Source: PVC group bacterium (lineage in GTDB: Bacteria > Omnitrophota > Gorgyraeia > B26-G9). Taken from it: 64,000 nt of DNA. The DNA lies in the NCBI GenBank assembly GCA_024231215.1, contig JAAEQR010000195.1, forward strand, positions 14,755 to 78,754, read 5' to 3'. Numbering within the stretch: position 1 is the stretch's first letter; each line of letters starts with the position of its first letter. Positions 48,668-58,578 of the stretch are shown in pieces. The translations under genes and the position numbers were made by a program. The notes beneath the pieces are model-generated. The model did not search any database, was not told where the DNA came from, and saw only the letters and a list, made by a program, of their open reading frames with translations.

Positions 48668-48676
48668 GGGGAAGAT

Positions 48677-49048
48677 ATGATTGATAATTATAGGAATTCT
48701 GAACAGGAGATATATGATTTAAAAAAAGAAATTGAGCAGTTTAAAGAGGATAGAGACCGGGTAAGAGCGATCGTTGGACAGCTGGGGGGAATCCCTACGT
48801 TTAATACAAAGATGTTTAATGTTGTTTTTGCTATTTTTGTCCTTGCTTGTTTATTGATTTCTCTAAGGAGCGGGGGGGTATTACAGCTAGCAATGATTGA
48901 GCTAGCTGTAGCCGCAATATCGGTAAAACTTATGTATCTAATGCATTGTCAGAGCCGTGTAGATCATTTTCAGTTATGGATATTGACTTCTATGGAATGG
49001 AGACTTAACGAGACAATAAAATTACTGAAAGAAAAAGAAGGAAAATGA
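48677..49048 (+). CDS. Hypothetical membrane protein (coiled-coil N-terminus plus 2 TM helices)
   Basis: ORF with an RBS (GAGGGGAAG); no family recognised. Confidence 0.4.
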   Translation: MIDNYRNSEQEIYDLKKEIEQFKEDRDRVRAIVGQLGGIPTFNTKMFNVVFAIFVLACLLISLRSGGVLQLAMIELAVAAISVKLMYLMHCQSRVDHFQLWILTSMEWRLNETIKLLKEKEGK

Positions 49049-49635
49049 AAAGAATAGATTTTAAAAAAATAATAATTATTTTAGCCGGGGCATTGCTTTT
49101 GCTGATTTTAGCTTCGGGTTTTATTTTTAAAAAGTATCTTGATTCGTATAGAGTTATTGCCGGGATGGAGCTTGTTGCTACGGTTAAGTGTGTTCAGGAT
49201 GCAGAATCTGATCGTCCGATGCTTAATGTTGAGTATCATCATGCCGGCAGTTTAGACGGACAAGAGCAGAGGTATCTTTTTACCGCGGATGAGTGGGTTA
49301 TTGAAGCCAGGATTGTAAAGATGAGCACACTATTTAGCATATTGGGGGTAAAAAGATATTACCGGCTTGAGCGGATAAGCGGAAGATATTTTGATGTTGA
49401 AAAGGAAAAAACCATGCCGCGTATAGTTTATAGTATATATAATGATTCGGACAGGCTGTGGTGGTTTTTATATAGACATCAAGATATGATTCCCGGGATT
49501 GCCGCGGCTTATGGCAATAGTGCGTTTCTTCCGTTTGAAATAGGAAAGATATTTAAAGTATATGTTACTAATTCTGGCCTGATGATCCAGGACATTTCCG
49601 TTCCGACCAAAAGAGAGTGGTGGCAAACAGGGTAA
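49045..49635 (+). CDS. Hypothetical N-terminally anchored protein
   Basis: Coupled to the previous ORF (ATGA overlap); TM anchor; no family recognised. Its 3' end overlaps the convergent gene by 68 nt. Confidence 0.4.
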   Translation: MKRIDFKKIIIILAGALLLLILASGFIFKKYLDSYRVIAGMELVATVKCVQDAESDRPMLNVEYHHAGSLDGQEQRYLFTADEWVIEARIVKMSTLFSILGVKRYYRLERISGRYFDVEKEKTMPRIVYSIYNDSDRLWWFLYRHQDMIPGIAAAYGNSAFLPFEIGKIFKVYVTNSGLMIQDISVPTKREWWQTG

Positions 49636-51871
49636 GAATTGCTCCTTTAACCGCAGCAATTAAAATCAGCGCATTTATTATCCCCAGGATAGGTATAAGT
49701 AGTATAGATACTAATATGGCTCCCAGAAAAGATCCCAGCATATCAAAAGAATAAAGTATGTTTTTATTTTTGCTATTTTGAAGATAGATTTTATTTGCCA
49801 GAGGGAATTCTGCCCCGGTAAAAAATCCTGTGCCGACTGAAATAATAAACATAGTAAATAGAATTAGTGGAAATAGGAAATTTTTGGCAATGATAAATTG
49901 TAAGCCTAAGATGAAAACAGGAAAGGCTAGACAGAAAAGTGCAAATATTAAATCGATCTTTAATATTGTTTTTATTTCATCTTGAATCTTAGGTAATTGT
50001 TTAGTCATAAGCATACTGCCGCTGGTAAGCCCAATCATAAACGCACCGATCAAAACCCCGATATATAAATAAACATATCCGTAAAAAGTCTGCAGACTTA
50101 ATATGAGTATGAGATTTAAAGACATTCCGCTGAACCCGCTGGTCATGACAAGCGCGGGTATAAGTTTTTGTGTAACTGATTGCCCTTTTTTCTTTTTCTG
50201 CCATAAAATAATCAAAGCTAATAACCATATAGGTAATAGGACAATAATAATTTTTGTTAGATTCCAGCTTGAAGCAGTTTGGAATATTTTTTGAAAGGTT
50301 GGGGTAAATAGAGCATTCCAGAGACTTAAGCTGTAAAATACACCGGCCGGTTTTAAATCTTTGTTTAGCTGTGCAGATGTATCTCTTAGTGATTCATAAA
50401 ACCATTGTTCTCGATCAGAATTAAGTCGTTCCTGGATATAGAAGTCAGTAAATAAAGGGCTTTTTATGTTGTATTTTTTTAAAGTTTGTTGAATTAGTTT
50501 AGGTGTAATCTTTAATTCTTTATCAGGGGAACAAAGATAAAGATTGTAATGGCCGGGGATTATTTTAATGCCGGAGAAGACTAGTTTAAGGGTATCTAGA
50601 ATGCATTTGTTAAGTTGACGCTGCTCTTTAGATAAATAGCTCATAGCTCCGGGAAGCTGAAAACAGAGAACTCCGGAAGGAGCAAGCTTTTCTTTAACCA
50701 GAGAGAAAAATTCCTGGGTGTAAAATCGGTTAAGGTTAAGAGTTGAAGGAGCGGGTAAATTTATAATGATTGCATCAAATGTATCCGGTGTATTTCTCAA
50801 AAAAAGACGACCGTCTATATGGTGAATATTTACTTTTTTATTACTTAATTCTTTTAAGGTAAGGTTAGTTTTATAGCGTTTGGCCATAGAGATTATCATG
50901 GGGTCGAGTTCTGCGTAATGTATTTGTTTTATAGGAAATTGCAGGATGTTGTTGATAATGCCTCCTAGTCCCGGACCAAGCACTAAAATATTTTCATGTA
51001 ATGGAGATGCTCCCAGCGAAAAATTTACAATATCGTGAGTAAATGCTAAATTCGGGACGGGGATGCTCATGAATGATACCCCGTCGCAGAAAAAAGTATA
51101 CTGTTCTTTCTGCTGGGTTACTGTAATATTGCCGTAGATCGAATTTTTGTAATCTATGATATTAAAGTTTTCCCATTGGGATTGGATTGACTTCTTGTGG
51201 ATATTATCTGCTGTTTTAAAGGATCCAAAGCAAATACAGAGGATTAACAAGATAGATGTAGAGATGCTTATTAACTTATTCTTTTTATGAATAATTAATA
51301 TCCAGGCCGCAATTATATTAATTGCGCTAAGAATAAAAGCAATGTGTATAGTCTTAAAATAAGGGACAAATAAAAAAGTAATAATAATACCGCTTATCCC
51401 GAAGCCAGCGCCTTCTAAAAAGTAAGTTTTGCCGATAGAATGAGTAAGCGGTTTTTTGCTGATATCTTTATATAATCTACAACTCAGAGGAAAGAGTCCT
51501 CCTAATAATATTCCAAGGGGAAGCATAATAGCCAGCGAAGACAGGAAGGTGGGGGATAAACCAATTCCTTCTCCGGGAAAGGTGTTTAGAAGGTATTTTG
51601 TATTCCTAGCGACAACAATGCTTAAAGGGAAGAGTATCCCGCTTAGGATTAAGATAATTGCATATATGATATGGGGAGATTTTAATTTTTCACTGAATTT
51701 ACCGAAAATAAAACTGCCGGCAGCTTCTAGAAGCAGCCAATTGCCCAGGATTATGCCGATAATCATTTCATTACCGTAAAAGACAATTAAAAATTCCCGA
51801 ATTAGCAGTACCTGGGCACTGCAGCAGGAAACCCCCATGAGGATAATAAGGAATGTAATTAATTTTTTCAT
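49568..51871 (-). CDS. Fused polytopic membrane (MFS-like) and spermidine synthase-like protein
   Basis: 767 aa; the central region LGPGLGGIINNIL...IDGRLFL...FDAIIINLPAPS has the aminopropyltransferase/SAM-MTase fold, flanked on both sides by many TM helices. Confidence 0.7.
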   Translation of the reverse strand: MKKLITFLIILMGVSCCSAQVLLIREFLIVFYGNEMIIGIILGNWLLLEAAGSFIFGKFSEKLKSPHIIYAIILILSGILFPLSIVVARNTKYLLNTFPGEGIGLSPTFLSSLAIMLPLGILLGGLFPLSCRLYKDISKKPLTHSIGKTYFLEGAGFGISGIIITFLFVPYFKTIHIAFILSAINIIAAWILIIHKKNKLISISTSILLILCICFGSFKTADNIHKKSIQSQWENFNIIDYKNSIYGNITVTQQKEQYTFFCDGVSFMSIPVPNLAFTHDIVNFSLGASPLHENILVLGPGLGGIINNILQFPIKQIHYAELDPMIISMAKRYKTNLTLKELSNKKVNIHHIDGRLFLRNTPDTFDAIIINLPAPSTLNLNRFYTQEFFSLVKEKLAPSGVLCFQLPGAMSYLSKEQRQLNKCILDTLKLVFSGIKIIPGHYNLYLCSPDKELKITPKLIQQTLKKYNIKSPLFTDFYIQERLNSDREQWFYESLRDTSAQLNKDLKPAGVFYSLSLWNALFTPTFQKIFQTASSWNLTKIIIVLLPIWLLALIILWQKKKKGQSVTQKLIPALVMTSGFSGMSLNLILILSLQTFYGYVYLYIGVLIGAFMIGLTSGSMLMTKQLPKIQDEIKTILKIDLIFALFCLAFPVFILGLQFIIAKNFLFPLILFTMFIISVGTGFFTGAEFPLANKIYLQNSKNKNILYSFDMLGSFLGAILVSILLIPILGIINALILIAAVKGAILTLFATTLFWSERKCPGSSGQN

Positions 51872-52193
51872 AGTATACTATTGGTGAATAATATTAGTGA
51901 CAAAGCATTATTTTCAGAAATTGTGTCGACACTTGTTAAAACATATGTTTTTGAACGACCCTTGATTTTAGCATAAAAATGGCGTTAAAAAAATTGACGA
52001 GCCCGGAGGCCGGGAGGAGATTTTTAGTCATTTGTTGCGGCCCTTGGGCAAAATCGAGCTAGAGTGTAAAAAATATATGTTTTAACATTAAAATACAAGG
52101 TGCTTGTAAGCTTAATTGGATATCTTGCCTTGTAAACTCTATCTTCTTGCTGTAAAATTATAGTAGCAAATCAAGAGGAGGATTGCAAATACT

Positions 52194-52526
52194 ATGAATG
52201 ATATAAAGAGAACAGAAAATGCGATGATCCGGGTCTGGAAAGAAATGGATATTAACGAAATAAAGAAACATATGCTTAGTGCAGGAGAATTATCTGCGAA
52301 TTGTGATAATTGTCAGCAGTTGGGTATAGATTTCATGAAAGAGCCTATTTGTCCAAATTGTGGTACGGGGTTTAAATATATTACTTTCCGAAAGAAAGAC
52401 AGTAAAAGGGAAGAACTTTTTGCTATAGGCCGGATAAATAAAAACAGGCCCGATTTAATTATCCTTGATTATGAGGATATCAAACGAGCCTGTGGTAAAT
52501 CAAAAGCACAAGATATTTTTGGGTGA
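52194..52526 (+). CDS. Hypothetical zinc-ribbon protein (CxxC...CxxC)
   Basis: CDNCQQ...CPNCG four-Cys ribbon; 110 aa; RBS GAGGAGG. Confidence 0.45.
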   Translation: MNDIKRTENAMIRVWKEMDINEIKKHMLSAGELSANCDNCQQLGIDFMKEPICPNCGTGFKYITFRKKDSKREELFAIGRINKNRPDLIILDYEDIKRACGKSKAQDIFG

Positions 52527-52598
52527 ACCCAGATTTTGCATTAGACGTGGATGAAAAATTAGTGCTATTCGCCGCGGTTTAATGCGAATTCTGGGTTA

Positions 52599-52826
52599 TT
52601 ATGCTTTGGATACCTTGCCGGAACGGATACATTCCGTACATGCTTTTACGGTTTTATGAGTTCCGTTAGTTACTGATTTTACACTCTGAAGATTAGGAAG
52701 AAATCTTCTTTTGGTTATACCGGTAACTTTCTTACCGACACCGCCTTTTTTCTTTGCCAAACCACGTCGGGTGAAAGATCTTCCCGCTGTTGGTCCTTTT
52801 CCGCATATTGCACAAGTATTACCCAC
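52599..52826 (-). CDS. rpmB: 50S ribosomal protein L28 (zinc-ribbon form)
   Basis: KRRFLPNLQ motif plus CxxC...CxxC ribbon; 75 aa. Confidence 0.8.
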   Translation of the reverse strand: MGNTCAICGKGPTAGRSFTRRGLAKKKGGVGKKVTGITKRRFLPNLQSVKSVTNGTHKTVKACTECIRSGKVSKA

Positions 52827-53068
52827 TGTATTACCTCCGGTTATTTTTTATTATCGTCTATAGATATCCCCAGAATATATCATAAGTGGGAGTTTTTGTC
52901 AATGGGGGAAGAAAAAGCTTAGATTGCATATTTATGCGTAAAGCCATATATCTCAGTTATTTGCGTTTTAATTTTCTGCTTGACTCAACATCTATTTTAT
53001 GGCAGAATGATTCCATAAGTGTTTATTTATAGTTCGTTCCGAAGTTTCGGGGGATAAATTAAAGGAGA

Positions 53069-53395
53069 ATGGAAATGGCGATTGAATTGACAAAAGATAA
53101 TTTTGACCAGGAAGTTATGAACTCAGATATGCCGGTTTTGGTTGATTTTTGGGCAGAGTGGTGTGGGCCTTGCCGGATGATAGCGCCGGTTATAGAGGAA
53201 GTATCTAAGGAATATGAAGGTAAAATTAAAATAGGCAAGGTTAATATTGATCAGAATGCAGAGGTTGCTTCGCGTTTTGGCGTTATGAGTATTCCAACCA
53301 TGATTATTTTTAATAAAGGAGAGACTGTAGACCAGACCGTAGGTGCTTTACCCAAAGAAAAGATGATTAGTTTTATCGAGCCTTATATAACCTGA
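53069..53395 (+). CDS. trxA: Thioredoxin
   Basis: WAEWCGPCRMIAP active site; 108 aa. Confidence 0.9.
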   Translation: MEMAIELTKDNFDQEVMNSDMPVLVDFWAEWCGPCRMIAPVIEEVSKEYEGKIKIGKVNIDQNAEVASRFGVMSIPTMIIFNKGETVDQTVGALPKEKMISFIEPYIT

Positions 53396-53411
53396 TTGAT
53401 GGAGTGTTGAG

Positions 53412-53633
53412 ATGCCTGTGTATACGTATTTATGTTCTGACTGCGGTGAACAGTTTGATTTGCTGATTGGTGTTAATAAAGAGAAAACCGAAAAAAAATG
53501 CAAAAAATGCAATAGTAAGAAAATCAAAAAGATTTTTTCCGCGTTTAGTGTTGGCAAACAAACCAAAGGATGCGGCTTTAAACCAACCACATGCCCTTCT
53601 TCGGGCACAGGATGCTGTCCGGGATGCCATTAA
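53412..53633 (+). CDS. FmdB-family zinc-ribbon protein
   Basis: MPVYTYLCSDCGEQF... CKKC... C-terminal Cys-rich tail; 73 aa. Confidence 0.6.
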   Translation: MPVYTYLCSDCGEQFDLLIGVNKEKTEKKCKKCNSKKIKKIFSAFSVGKQTKGCGFKPTTCPSSGTGCCPGCH

Positions 53634-54379
53634 TAAAAAAAATATTAACTATAACCATTATTCTTTTTTCTTTTGCCTCTTTTTCGCTTGCCGAAGAAGA
53701 GGTTTCTTTTAACCATTCGCTTTATCAGAAGATACTATTCCGGTATATGGATAAGGGATTTGTCGATTATATTGGTTTAAAAAGAAAACGGTTTGATCTG
53801 GATAGATATTTAACCTTAGTTAGTAATCTTGAGCCGGAAAGTATTACGGCAATGTCTGGTGATGAAAGGATTGCATTGTATATTAATGTTTATAATGCGA
53901 GAGTATTGCAGACAGTAGTTGACCATTATCCGGTAAAATCTATAAATAAAATTGAGGGTTGGGATACAACTCAGTTTAAAGTTGCTGGAGGATATGTCAC
54001 GCTCACTCAGATCAAAAATGAAATCATTCCGAATGAAACTAAGGATCCACGTGTATATTTTACTCTTATAGATGCGGCAAAAGGCGCTCCTGCTTTAAGG
54101 CAAAAACCATTCCAGGGACGGAATCGTAATGCTTTACTAGATGATACGCTTCGAAAGTTTATAAACGATAAATCTAAAAACAGATTGGATAAAAAAGAAA
54201 ATATTATTTATTTATCTTCTTTATTAAAAGAATATAAACCAAGAATAGGGAGTGTTCTTTTATTTGTCAGTAAATACTTGCCGCGGGATCAAGCTGAGTT
54301 TATTAAAAAAAACAATCCGCCCATAAAATATGAGCATGACGAGTCATTGAATATCAGGCCGTATGCGACGCTTAAATAA
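53624..54379 (+). CDS. Secreted DUF547-domain protein
   Basis: Signal peptide MPLIKKILTITIILFSFASFSLA; the central ...RIALYINVYNARVLQTVVDHYP... fits DUF547. ATG at 53624. Confidence 0.5.
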   Translation: MPLIKKILTITIILFSFASFSLAEEEVSFNHSLYQKILFRYMDKGFVDYIGLKRKRFDLDRYLTLVSNLEPESITAMSGDERIALYINVYNARVLQTVVDHYPVKSINKIEGWDTTQFKVAGGYVTLTQIKNEIIPNETKDPRVYFTLIDAAKGAPALRQKPFQGRNRNALLDDTLRKFINDKSKNRLDKKENIIYLSSLLKEYKPRIGSVLLFVSKYLPRDQAEFIKKNNPPIKYEHDESLNIRPYATLK

Positions 54380-54530
54380 TTGCAGTTAATATAGATTAGT
54401 TGTAAAATATATACTGTAGAAATGATTCTGGGCACTAAGAGAGCAGGGTAAATCTTCTTCGAACATTGCCCCTGCAGTGCCACGGACATAATTCGCCCCG
54501 AAGCTTCGGGGCTCATTGAAGGGGGAGAGT

Positions 54531-55151
54531 ATGTTTTGTCAAAAATGCGGTCAGGAACTAGTAGATGATGCGAAATTTTGTGCTCAATGCGGAACACCTA
54601 TTGATGGGGTGGCTCCGGTAGAAGAATCGGAATTAGATGAGCCGATAGTGGTTTTAAAGCCTGTATTTATTCCTTGGGTTACGATTTTATCGGTGCTTCC
54701 TTTGCAGATATTTTTTACTATTTGGGGAGGCGGATTTTTTGGCGGATTCAGTACAGTATTGATTAAAGGGCTTAAGCTGCCGATTCCGATTTGGTTTCCC
54801 TTTGTGTTTTTTGCCTGCCTGGCTTTTTTCGGAATTCCGCTGCTGATATATAATATGAAGAAAAAGACATATGCAAAAACAGAGTATCGTTTTTTTAAGA
54901 AGCGTTTGGATTATTATGAAGGGTTTTTTACTGTAGAGGAAAAGACTGTAGACTACAGGAATATAACTGAGGTTTATCTGCGTAAAGGAATTGTCCAGAA
55001 AAAATACGGGATAGGGACAATATTGCTGACTACTCCGTCTGTAACTATGTCTCAAAACCGGGCAATGAGCGGTATTCAGGTAGCGGATATTAAGAATCCG
55101 GACGAAGTGTATAAACAAATAAAGGATTTGATTTATCAAGCAAGAAAATAA
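54531..55151 (+). CDS. Zinc-ribbon plus bacterial PH (bPH_2/YdbS-like) domain membrane protein
   Basis: N-terminal FCQKCGQ...CAQCG ribbon, two TM helices, C-terminal bPH_2-like domain (YRFFKKRLDYYEGFF...ILLTT). ATG at 54531 with RBS GGGGGAG. Confidence 0.55.
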   Translation: MFCQKCGQELVDDAKFCAQCGTPIDGVAPVEESELDEPIVVLKPVFIPWVTILSVLPLQIFFTIWGGGFFGGFSTVLIKGLKLPIPIWFPFVFFACLAFFGIPLLIYNMKKKTYAKTEYRFFKKRLDYYEGFFTVEEKTVDYRNITEVYLRKGIVQKKYGIGTILLTTPSVTMSQNRAMSGIQVADIKNPDEVYKQIKDLIYQARK

Positions 55152-55416
55152 AAATTTCAAGCATCTCTTGACAAAAATTTTTTATATGCTATACTTTTTT
55201 TGAACGATGATGTTGTTTCGGCAAAGAAGCCCGGAAGATGAATTCCGGGCTTCTTCTGTTTTTCGCGGCGATGTAGCCCTTTAAGAGGCGGATTCTCTCT
55301 GTCTTTTGGAGGGTTTTTGTTTTTTGAACCTAGAAAATTATTTAGCGAAAGTATGGCAGGATCGTGCTATACTAAATAAGAGATTGTAGTTATGTATAAA
55401 AAGGGAGGATTTTAAA

Positions 55417-57522
55417 ATGGCTGGTGTAAGTACTTTTTTTGGAGAATTAACTTTTAATAAAAAAGTTATGAGTCAGAAATTAAGCAAAAACGTTTATACG
55501 AAATTACTGGCAACGATTGAGAATGGAGAGCCGTTGGATCAGTCAATTGCCGGAGATGTCGCTCACGCGATGAAGGAATGGGCCGTAGAGAACGGGGCAA
55601 CCCATTTTACGCATTGGTTCCAGCCGCAGCGTGGAGGTACAGCAGAAAAACATGATGCTTTTATTTCTTATGGTAAAGAAGGAGAGATTGTTGAGAGGCT
55701 TTCTGATCGGCAGTTGATTCAGTCTGAACCGGATGCTTCTTCGTTTCCTTCCGGGGGGATGAGATCTACTTTCGAAGCACGTGGATACACGGCCTGGGAT
55801 CCGACTTCGCCGGCATTTTTGTTGGAAGCTGGAGATACTAAAACTCTGGTAATTCCTTCTGTATTTTTATCCTGGACCGGGGCTGTTTTGGATATTAAGA
55901 CTCCGTTGTTGCGTTCGATAAAGGCGGTTAATGATGCGGCAATAAGACTTCAAAAACTGTTGGGTAATAAAAAAGTAAAACGTATTAAAATATTTGGAGG
56001 CCCGGAACAAGAATATTTTCTTTTTTCTAAAGATTTATATGATACTCGTCCGGATTTGATAGTGTGCGGCAGAACTTTGTTTGGATCTGCTCCGGCTAAA
56101 GGTCAGCAGATGGAAGATCACTATTTCGGCGCGATAAAGTCGAAGGTTATAGAGTTTATGGAGAGCTTGGACCATGAATTGTATCGGCGTGGAATTCCGG
56201 CAAAAACCAGACATAACGAAGTTTCTCCGAACCAGTTTGAAATCGCTCCGTTGTATGAAGAAGTTAATTTATCTATAGATCATAACTTGCAGCTTATGGA
56301 TATTTTGAAAAAGGTTGCAGATGATTTTGAGATGGTAGCTATTTTACATGAAAAACCATTGGGAGGAGTAAATGGTTCCGGAAAACATTTTAATTTTTCG
56401 ATTGGGGATAATACCGGAGCTAATTATTTTGAGCCCTCTGGTTCTCCGCAGAATAATCTGATCTTTTTATTGTCACTTGGTGCGATCATGCTGGGTGTGA
56501 ATAAATACGGTGGATTATTAAGAGGTGTGGTTGCCGATGCTGGGAATGACCATCGTTTAGGCGCTAACGAAGCGCCTCCGGCGATTATTTCGGTATACTT
56601 GGGAGAGTATCTTGATGCGTTGCTGAACGAGATCGAAGGGCTGGGCAAGGTTACAGATAAAAAGATGTCTGAAATTTATTTAGGAATTCAGGATTTACCA
56701 AAAGTTGCTAAAGATACCTCTGACAGGAACAGAACTTCACCGTTGGCTTTTACCGGCAATAAATTTGAATTCCGGGCTGTAGGCTCATCTCATAATTGCG
56801 CGGAAGCAGGAACAATGCTGAACATGATCATGGCGTATGGGTACAATGCTATTGCTGAGCGTATAGAGAAAAACAAGAGTAAAGCAGATGCAAAGAGTAA
56901 AGCGATAGAAGTCCTGGAGAAGGTTTTAAAAGAGACCAAGCGTGTGCGTTTTGAAGGTAATAACTATGATGAAAAATGGCATAAAGAAGCAGCAAAACGC
57001 GGCTTGCCTAACACCAAGAATACTCCTGAAGCTTTAGAATTATTTTTGCAGAAAGACGCGGTAAAATTATTCAAAGATATGGGAGTGTTAAATGAAACAG
57101 AAGTACATTCAAAAATAGAGATTAAGCTTGAGGCGTATACTAAAACTAAAGATATTGAGCTTAAAACAGCGGTCAATATTGCCAGAACACTGGTATTGCC
57201 GGCAGTTGTAGATCAGCTGGGGATGATGGCTGAGGCTGTTTCTGCGGTTAAAACTGCGGGAGGAAAAATATCTGTTTTGGGTGCAGATATTAAGGTCGTA
57301 AATAATATATATGCACAGATAAAAACTGGTATTGTTAGTTTGGAAAAAGAAATGGCTGCCTGCGAAAAACAAGGTGATGAATTAAAGAAAGCAAAAGCAT
57401 ATGCCGGCAAGGGTATGGTTGCTTTAAATAAACTGCGTGTAGCAGTAGATGCGGCCGAAGAAGTAGTAGCTGATGACTTATGGCCGCTGGCAAAATACCA
57501 GGAATTGCTTTTGGTATTATAA
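55417..57522 (+). CDS. glnN: Glutamine synthetase type III
   Basis: 701 aa; N-terminus FGELTFNKKVMSQKLSKNVY...HFTHWFQPQRGGTAEKHDAFI is highly characteristic of GSIII. Confidence 0.85.
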   Translation: MAGVSTFFGELTFNKKVMSQKLSKNVYTKLLATIENGEPLDQSIAGDVAHAMKEWAVENGATHFTHWFQPQRGGTAEKHDAFISYGKEGEIVERLSDRQLIQSEPDASSFPSGGMRSTFEARGYTAWDPTSPAFLLEAGDTKTLVIPSVFLSWTGAVLDIKTPLLRSIKAVNDAAIRLQKLLGNKKVKRIKIFGGPEQEYFLFSKDLYDTRPDLIVCGRTLFGSAPAKGQQMEDHYFGAIKSKVIEFMESLDHELYRRGIPAKTRHNEVSPNQFEIAPLYEEVNLSIDHNLQLMDILKKVADDFEMVAILHEKPLGGVNGSGKHFNFSIGDNTGANYFEPSGSPQNNLIFLLSLGAIMLGVNKYGGLLRGVVADAGNDHRLGANEAPPAIISVYLGEYLDALLNEIEGLGKVTDKKMSEIYLGIQDLPKVAKDTSDRNRTSPLAFTGNKFEFRAVGSSHNCAEAGTMLNMIMAYGYNAIAERIEKNKSKADAKSKAIEVLEKVLKETKRVRFEGNNYDEKWHKEAAKRGLPNTKNTPEALELFLQKDAVKLFKDMGVLNETEVHSKIEIKLEAYTKTKDIELKTAVNIARTLVLPAVVDQLGMMAEAVSAVKTAGGKISVLGADIKVVNNIYAQIKTGIVSLEKEMAACEKQGDELKKAKAYAGKGMVALNKLRVAVDAAEEVVADDLWPLAKYQELLLVL

Positions 57523-57564
57523 TGTATTGCTAAGTTAGCAATATGAATCATAAAAGATGCCTAT

Positions 57565-58071
57565 ATGAAATCAAATATTACATTAATAGGAATGCCAGGA
57601 GCCGGAAAAAGTACAGCGGGAATAATTTTAGCTAAATACCGGTCGTATGGTTTTATTGATACTGATATTCTGATACAGATAAATCAGCAAAAATCATTAC
57701 AGGATATTATTGATCAAAGCGGTTATTTAGCTTTAAGGCAGATTGAAGAGGCTGAGATATTAAAGCTAAATGTTGAAGAGCATGTAATTGCTACCGGAGG
57801 CAGTGCAGTATATAGCGATAAGGCAATGACGCATCTTAAACAGATTTCTACGGTTGTTTTTCTGCAGGTTACTTATAAAGTAGCTTGCGATAGAATAAAG
57901 GATTTTGAAGAAAGAGGTATTGCTAAATCAGCCGAACAGTCATTTATTGATCTTTACAATGAAAGACAAGTTTTATATGAAAAATATGCTGATTTAAGTA
58001 TTGACTGTAATGAGTGCGACCAGGAATCTATAGCTCGAAATATAACGGATAAGATATCAGAGGTTAAATGA
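57565..58071 (+). CDS. Second shikimate kinase-like P-loop kinase (AroK/AroL family)
   Basis: ITLIGMPGAGKST Walker A, 168 aa, AroK-like architecture. The substrate cannot be assigned from sequence. Confidence 0.55.
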   Translation: MKSNITLIGMPGAGKSTAGIILAKYRSYGFIDTDILIQINQQKSLQDIIDQSGYLALRQIEEAEILKLNVEEHVIATGGSAVYSDKAMTHLKQISTVVFLQVTYKVACDRIKDFEERGIAKSAEQSFIDLYNERQVLYEKYADLSIDCNECDQESIARNITDKISEVK

Positions 58072-58155
58072 AGTTGTCCGGTTACCGGACGGGAAAGTTG
58101 TTTACTTGTATTAAAGTAAGATAATCCAGCACAGTGTTTGTGCTAATAAAAAATA

Positions 58156-58404
58156 ATGGAAAAGCCGAACATAAAATATCCCTGTAAATGGCCGTATAAA
58201 ATTATTGGCTCAGATAAAGACGCATTGAAAAAAGAAATTATAGCTAAACTTGTGGATATGAGATTTGAATTAGTTGAAGGCAATCAAAGTAAGCAGGGTA
58301 AATATGTTTCTTTTGATGTTGAGGTGTTTGTTGCCAATGAGGCTGAACGCGTTAATGTTTTCAATATTCTGAAAGATATACCCATTGTTAAGATTGTGAT
58401 TTAA
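58156..58404 (+). CDS. DUF493 (YbeD-like, UPF0250) protein
   Basis: YPCKWPYKIIG ... IVKIVI pattern parallels E. coli YbeD (FPTPFTYKVMG ... IVRMVL); 82 aa. Confidence 0.55.
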   Translation: MEKPNIKYPCKWPYKIIGSDKDALKKEIIAKLVDMRFELVEGNQSKQGKYVSFDVEVFVANEAERVNVFNILKDIPIVKIVI

Positions 58405-58578
58405 TTTGCAGGTTACCAAGTAACTTATTAGATTACTTGTATATAAGTACGCTGATGTACATTTTAGAGTAGAAACTAGCGATATTCGCAGATAGAATAT
58501 TGAGTGTAAATTAAGACATAGGTGTCTTTTGATTGAGAGGTTAAAAGGCACCTTTTTTTATTATACAAGGGAGTAGAA

